DNA of 10,892 nt from Promethearchaeota archaeon (GTDB taxonomy: Archaea; Asgardarchaeota; Lokiarchaeia; Sigyniarchaeales; SOKP01): positions 1-10,892 of the forward strand of contig JAHLWP010000071.1 in NCBI GenBank assembly GCA_019057865.1. Direction: 5' to 3'. The notes under the pieces are model-generated. The model had not been told where the DNA came from. It made no database searches and saw only the letters and a list, made by a program, of their open reading frames with translations. Positions 7,245 through 10,892 of this stretch are shown one piece after another. A program made the translations under genes and the position numbers. Positions within the stretch are counted from its first letter, which is position 1, and every line of letters begins with the position of its first letter.

Positions 7245-8546
7245 TTAAGAAATATTCAAATATTTAGGTTCTTTTCCTTCCATTTTGTCAGTTTCATTTA
7301 TTAATTCATTATAAAGATTTAGAAATTCAGAGTAAACAGATACTGGAGATTTAAGCAATTCAGTTATTATAGCTTCATATTCTTCTTCAGTTGTAAAAAT
7401 TTTTTTAAGCTTATTATCTAATTCTAACGGGATATTGGCAAATTTACCTGTTAATAGCAAAGGATGCTTTTTATTCTTGATAATTTTGTATGGAAAATTG
7501 GAGAAATATTTTTCTATGAGTTCATAAGCTCCCTCATACTGAACCATTTCTTTTATAGATAATTTTAACTCTCGTTCAAATTTTTTTTCAAAATCTTCTG
7601 TAAATTTTACTACTGAATCACGCAATAACTTTGAAGATTTAGAGGCAACTAATACTACTGTGATTAATTCAGATTCTCTTAAAATTAACATTCCTTCTTC
7701 CAAATTAATGTCCAAAAGCCCCCCAATATCCATAACTTCTTCACTCATCAGTTGAACTGCATTTAAAAATCCGGAAAATATTGTTTCATTAATATTTGAT
7801 TCAGACCAATCATGATCGTATAATGGAAAGCCTTCTTTATCTTTCACAATAATTCTATGAATTGTAAAAGGTAAAATATAAAGAAGTTTTGGTTCTACCA
7901 TTATAGCAATAATAAAAATAAGAATCCCTATTCCTAATGATATATCAGAGAACAATATAAAAATTGGATCCCAATAATAAAAAGAATAAATAATCAGTGT
8001 TATTACTGAAATAAATACCAATCCTATAAAGAAAATAAATGCTTCCTTTTTAATTAAAAAAGGAGTATTTAACCATGTTTTCAAACCCCAGTAAAATACT
8101 TCAACTCCGAGTAAAACTGTTATAAAATCACCGATTACCTCAAATAACCCTCTCATATCTAAGTTGAGAAATCCAAACTGCATTTTAATTATAACAGAAT
8201 TGGGATTTAATGCTAAATAACAATATAATATTCCTAAACAAAAAGCTATAATTAAAGTAATTGAATTAAAGGTTTCTTTAATAATATAGTTAATACCTAT
8301 AATAAAAAATACCGATGTTGGGATTAGCATCAAAACACCTATTCGATATATTATGGTATTTAAATACAAAATTGCAATTGAACTAACTAAAAAGAATAAA
8401 CTCATAAAAATTATTCCTAATCTTATGAAATATAAAGATTTTATTTTTTTAGTTTTAGGTTCAAAATAAGTTAATATTCCAGCAACCATAACAATAATAC
8501 CAACTATTATCTCAATAATAGCCTGTGGGTTCCAATTTAGCGTCAA
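7245..8546 (-). CDS. Membrane protein with about seven TM helices, a cytoplasmic longin-like domain and a helical tail
   Basis: Seven hydrophobic segments at roughly aa 9-28, 38-62, 65-89, 96-113, 134-155, 169-192 and 195-217. Residues 229-348 follow the longin beta-beta-alpha-beta-beta-beta-alpha-alpha pattern (RIIVKDKEGFPLY...IFSGFLNAVQLMSEEV...ITVVLVA...FTEDFEKKF). TTG start preceded by an SD-like GGTGG. Confidence 0.75.
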   Translation of the reverse strand: MTLNWNPQAIIEIIVGIIVMVAGILTYFEPKTKKIKSLYFIRLGIIFMSLFFLVSSIAILYLNTIIYRIGVLMLIPTSVFFIIGINYIIKETFNSITLIIAFCLGILYCYLALNPNSVIIKMQFGFLNLDMRGLFEVIGDFITVLLGVEVFYWGLKTWLNTPFLIKKEAFIFFIGLVFISVITLIIYSFYYWDPIFILFSDISLGIGILIFIIAIMVEPKLLYILPFTIHRIIVKDKEGFPLYDHDWSESNINETIFSGFLNAVQLMSEEVMDIGGLLDINLEEGMLILRESELITVVLVASKSSKLLRDSVVKFTEDFEKKFERELKLSIKEMVQYEGAYELIEKYFSNFPYKIIKNKKHPLLLTGKFANIPLELDNKLKKIFTTEEEYEAIITELLKSPVSVYSEFLNLYNELINETDKMEGKEPKYLNIS

Positions 8547-8579
8547 TTTTCCCTTACCACCTACATATATTAATTTTTT

Positions 8580-9293
8580 TTAATTAATTTTATTGCTTCT
8601 TAATATTACAGCTATGATCTCCTTTTTTTCTGGATTTAAGGATAGATAGTTAGTGGATTCTTCACTGAGAGAGATTAAATCATATTCTATTAGATTATTT
8701 ATGCGATAGTAAACGTTTTCCCTTTTTTCATTTAAGAGTTTATACACATCTGACTTTATAATTGACTCCTTTTCAAATAATAATTTAATGATTTTCTTGT
8801 TAATACTATCCTTTAATAAAAAATAAAGAGCTCCCAAATCTTCATCTATTTCAATAGGGATAAATACAGTATAATTACCAACTTTTAATTTCTTAATATA
8901 TTCAAATTTGAGAAGCATTTCAAGATGCCATATCAATTGCCCTGAACTTCCTAATGTATCTTTATTATCAGTAAAGACATTCTTTTTTATAAGAGAGAAA
9001 TGAACTCCTCTTTGATTTTTAATAAAATTATAGATGTTATATCTATATTGATTTGAAAGTACGGTCTCTTTGGAAAATTTTGAACCTTCAATTAAGATTT
9101 TCCTATTTAATAAAAATTGAATAATAAATAAAAGACCTTTACGTGGTATCTTTAACCTTTTTTTTGCGATATTATATAAGGATTCCAGATCTAGCACTTT
9201 ATTCTTACTCAGTATATCTTCAGCTATCTTAAGTACACTTTGAACACTTGGATGGTCTAAACTGATGGATCTCAATTTTATAGCATTATTCAT
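8580..9293 (-). CDS. Predicted transcriptional regulator with tandem winged helix-turn-helix domains (COG3398-like) and an additional N-terminal helical domain
   Basis: First wHTH: LSNQYRYNIYNFIKNQRGVHFSLI...GQLIWHLEMLLKFEYIKKLKVGNY. Second: KKIIKLL...DVYKLLNEKRENVYYRINNLIEYDLI. Residues 14-70 may form a third wHTH. Confidence 0.78.
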   Translation of the reverse strand: MNNAIKLRSISLDHPSVQSVLKIAEDILSKNKVLDLESLYNIAKKRLKIPRKGLLFIIQFLLNRKILIEGSKFSKETVLSNQYRYNIYNFIKNQRGVHFSLIKKNVFTDNKDTLGSSGQLIWHLEMLLKFEYIKKLKVGNYTVFIPIEIDEDLGALYFLLKDSINKKIIKLLFEKESIIKSDVYKLLNEKRENVYYRINNLIEYDLISLSEESTNYLSLNPEKKEIIAVILRSNKIN

Positions 9294-9310
9294 AGATTAT
9301 TTAGCTTTAT

Positions 9311-9709
9311 TTATATAATAATATAATCAATATCGTCTCTATTAGGTGTTTTTTGTATTTCTTGAGTTAGCTCATTATAGAGCTCTAAAAATTCTGTAAA
9401 TGTTCCTCTCGGTGCCTTTAGAATTTCTTCTTTTATCAGTTCTGATAACTTGGAATCTTTTAAAAGCTTGTTAAGAATTCTATATATATACTTCCTTAGT
9501 AGATATATATATAGATTTTCTTTGAATAAACTAATTTTTAAAAATAGTTTTGATTTTTTTGATGAAATAATGATCATAGTTTTTTTATTGTTCTTGAAAG
9601 CCATCCTAGTTTTGTATTTAATGACTGTTTTTTCTATGATTTCTGATATCCTTTCCATTCTATGTTTGTTTTTTTCTTTATTTTTACTTAAATCATTAAT
9701 TCTTTCCAA
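9311..9709 (-). CDS. Hypothetical 132-aa protein homologous to the C-terminal tail of the 7TM-longin protein (stand-alone domain or gene remnant)
   Basis: aa 79-120 align without gaps to aa 380-421 of 7245..8546 at 18/42 identities. TTG start preceded by SD-like GTGAT, with minus-strand TTTATATA at 9771-9778. Confidence 0.6.
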   Translation of the reverse strand: MERINDLSKNKEKNKHRMERISEIIEKTVIKYKTRMAFKNNKKTMIIISSKKSKLFLKISLFKENLYIYLLRKYIYRILNKLLKDSKLSELIKEEILKAPRGTFTEFLELYNELTQEIQKTPNRDDIDYIII

Positions 9710-9830
9710 GAAATTATCACATAGAAATTTTAGAAATTTTGGATATCATTATAAAAATTATCCAACTTCCTATATAAACTCATTAAGACCAATTTTTTAC
9801 AAAAGAAAATAAGAATTAATATTGCTAACT

Positions 9831-9846
9831 AAAGACTTAAGTCTTT
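9831..9846. promoter_or_regulatory. Perfect 16-bp palindrome (candidate operator)
   Basis: AAAGACTTAAGTCTTT is its own reverse complement. It lies between the methyltransferase stop codon and the putative cassette promoter. Confidence 0.4.
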
Positions 9847-9849
9847 GTT

Positions 9850-10815
9850 TTAAGTAATTTTTTTAATTAAACAAATAAAAAAACCAATAGTATTATGTAT
9901 GTGTGGATATAATCTTTGAGAAAGTTTTAAATCCTTTCTTAAGGCTTTTCCTAGCACTCTTGTTAGACCACTAACGCCATATCGATTATTTAATGGTATT
10001 ATAGAATATTCCAACCTATCTTGAAGCACATCATTTATAACAAATTCATTCTCCTCTGGAGCAATTGAACAAGTACTATACAATAATGTTCCCCCAGGTT
10101 TTAATACCTTCAAACCTGAATTTAGTAATTTTTTTTGGACACCAGCTAATTTTTCAATATCTTTTTGAGTTTTACTCTTTTTTCTGCTTTTATCTTGGCG
10201 AATTAAACCTTCTCCCGTGCATGGTGCATCTAGTAAAATTTTATCAGCTTTTATATTCAATTTTTGAAGATTTATTGCATCGAGATTTAACACAATTGAA
10301 TTTAAAACACCCATTCTTCGCAAGTTAATCTCTAAAGCGGGAATTCTTTTACTATTTCTCTCAATTAGAATTAGACTTCCCTTATTGTTCATAATTTGAG
10401 CCATATGTGTTGCTTTTCCACCTGGAGCAGCACACATATCTATCACTGTCTCATCAAGTATAGGATCAAGAATAATTGCCGGTAACATAGACGCAACATT
10501 TTGTAAATAAAAATAACCTTGCAAATATTCGTGGAGAGAGCCTAAATTATATGTTTCCTTCAATACTTTAAATCCATAAGAAATCCATTCAATATTTTGA
10601 AGTTCAAATCCCTTATTTTCTAATCTATTCCTTAATTCTCCTGGTTGAATTTTTAACGTATTTACTCTGATAGATGATGTTAAAGGTCTTTCGTTTGCTT
10701 CCAAAAGTTTTAAAGTATCATCCAATCCAAGAAAATCAATATATCGTTCAATCATATATGGCAAATAGCCAAATTCTTTTGCAAGATTTAAAACATGATC
10801 TTGTTCAGGATTAAT
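9850..10815 (-). CDS. RsmB/NOL1/NOP2 family RNA cytosine-C5 methyltransferase; start uncertain (10764 TTG in the track, probably further upstream)
   Basis: Motif I DMCAAPGGKATH, motif IV LLDAPCTGEG and motif VI YSTCS, with both catalytic cysteines present. The frame stays open upstream of 10764 as INPEQDHVLNLAKEFGY-LPYMIERY until TGA at 10822-10824. Confidence 0.92.
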   Translation of the reverse strand: MNPEQDHVLNLAKEFGYLPYMIERYIDFLGLDDTLKLLEANERPLTSSIRVNTLKIQPGELRNRLENKGFELQNIEWISYGFKVLKETYNLGSLHEYLQGYFYLQNVASMLPAIILDPILDETVIDMCAAPGGKATHMAQIMNNKGSLILIERNSKRIPALEINLRRMGVLNSIVLNLDAINLQKLNIKADKILLDAPCTGEGLIRQDKSRKKSKTQKDIEKLAGVQKKLLNSGLKVLKPGGTLLYSTCSIAPEENEFVINDVLQDRLEYSIIPLNNRYGVSGLTRVLGKALRKDLKLSQRLYPHIHNTIGFFICLIKKIT

Positions 10816-10892
10816 ACAATATCAACTCAATCAGCAACTATTAATACTTAATAAAAAATAATTAATTATATTTGTTATCAATAAATAGAAGA

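Noticed and set aside
7245-8546. Calling the 7TM protein a rhodopsin, GPCR or ESCRT cargo
   Set aside because: No lysine in the middle of TM7 for retinal and no GPCR motifs; proximity to ESCRT genes alone does not show a functional link.
9717-9749. 10-codon upstream ORF (MISKISKISM) with a 9-bp tandem duplication TAGAAATTT at 9722-9739
   Set aside because: Too short and low-complexity to support as a leader peptide without conservation data.
9450-9812. 120-aa hydrophobic plus-strand ORF
   Set aside because: Antisense to the 132-aa ORF, which has paralogy support; its Phe/Leu/Ile richness follows from T-rich sequence.
10065-10328. 87-aa plus-strand ORF
   Set aside because: Lies wholly antisense within the methyltransferase gene.
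1-10892. CRISPR array, rRNA, IS element or integrase
   Set aside because: No regularly spaced repeats, rRNA-like segment, transposase or integrase ORF was seen.

Overview
AT-rich archaeal window, almost certainly from an Asgard archaeon (Lokiarchaeia-like); this is inferred from the ESCRT cluster, a longin-like fusion protein and the tRNA features. From left to right: (1) a likely accessory or integrated segment downstream of the 3' end of a tRNA-Gly(GCC), containing an endonuclease VII-domain gene that runs off the window and is missing from the ORF track, plus a class II Fic protein whose promoter is bracketed by a 14-bp inverted repeat; (2) a PfkB kinase; (3) a four-gene ESCRT cluster (Vps2/24/46-class ESCRT-III, Vps4, Vps25-like, Vps22/36-like); (4) Nip7; (5) a co-oriented three-gene cassette encoding a 132-aa protein homologous to the tail of the neighbouring membrane protein, a multi-winged-helix regulator, and a 7TM-longin-like membrane protein; (6) a Nop2/RsmB m5C methyltransferase. 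The most promising uncharacterised items are the cassette in (5) and a MIM1-like motif in the Vps25 N-terminal extension. All family calls come from motif recognition by eye; no searches were run.
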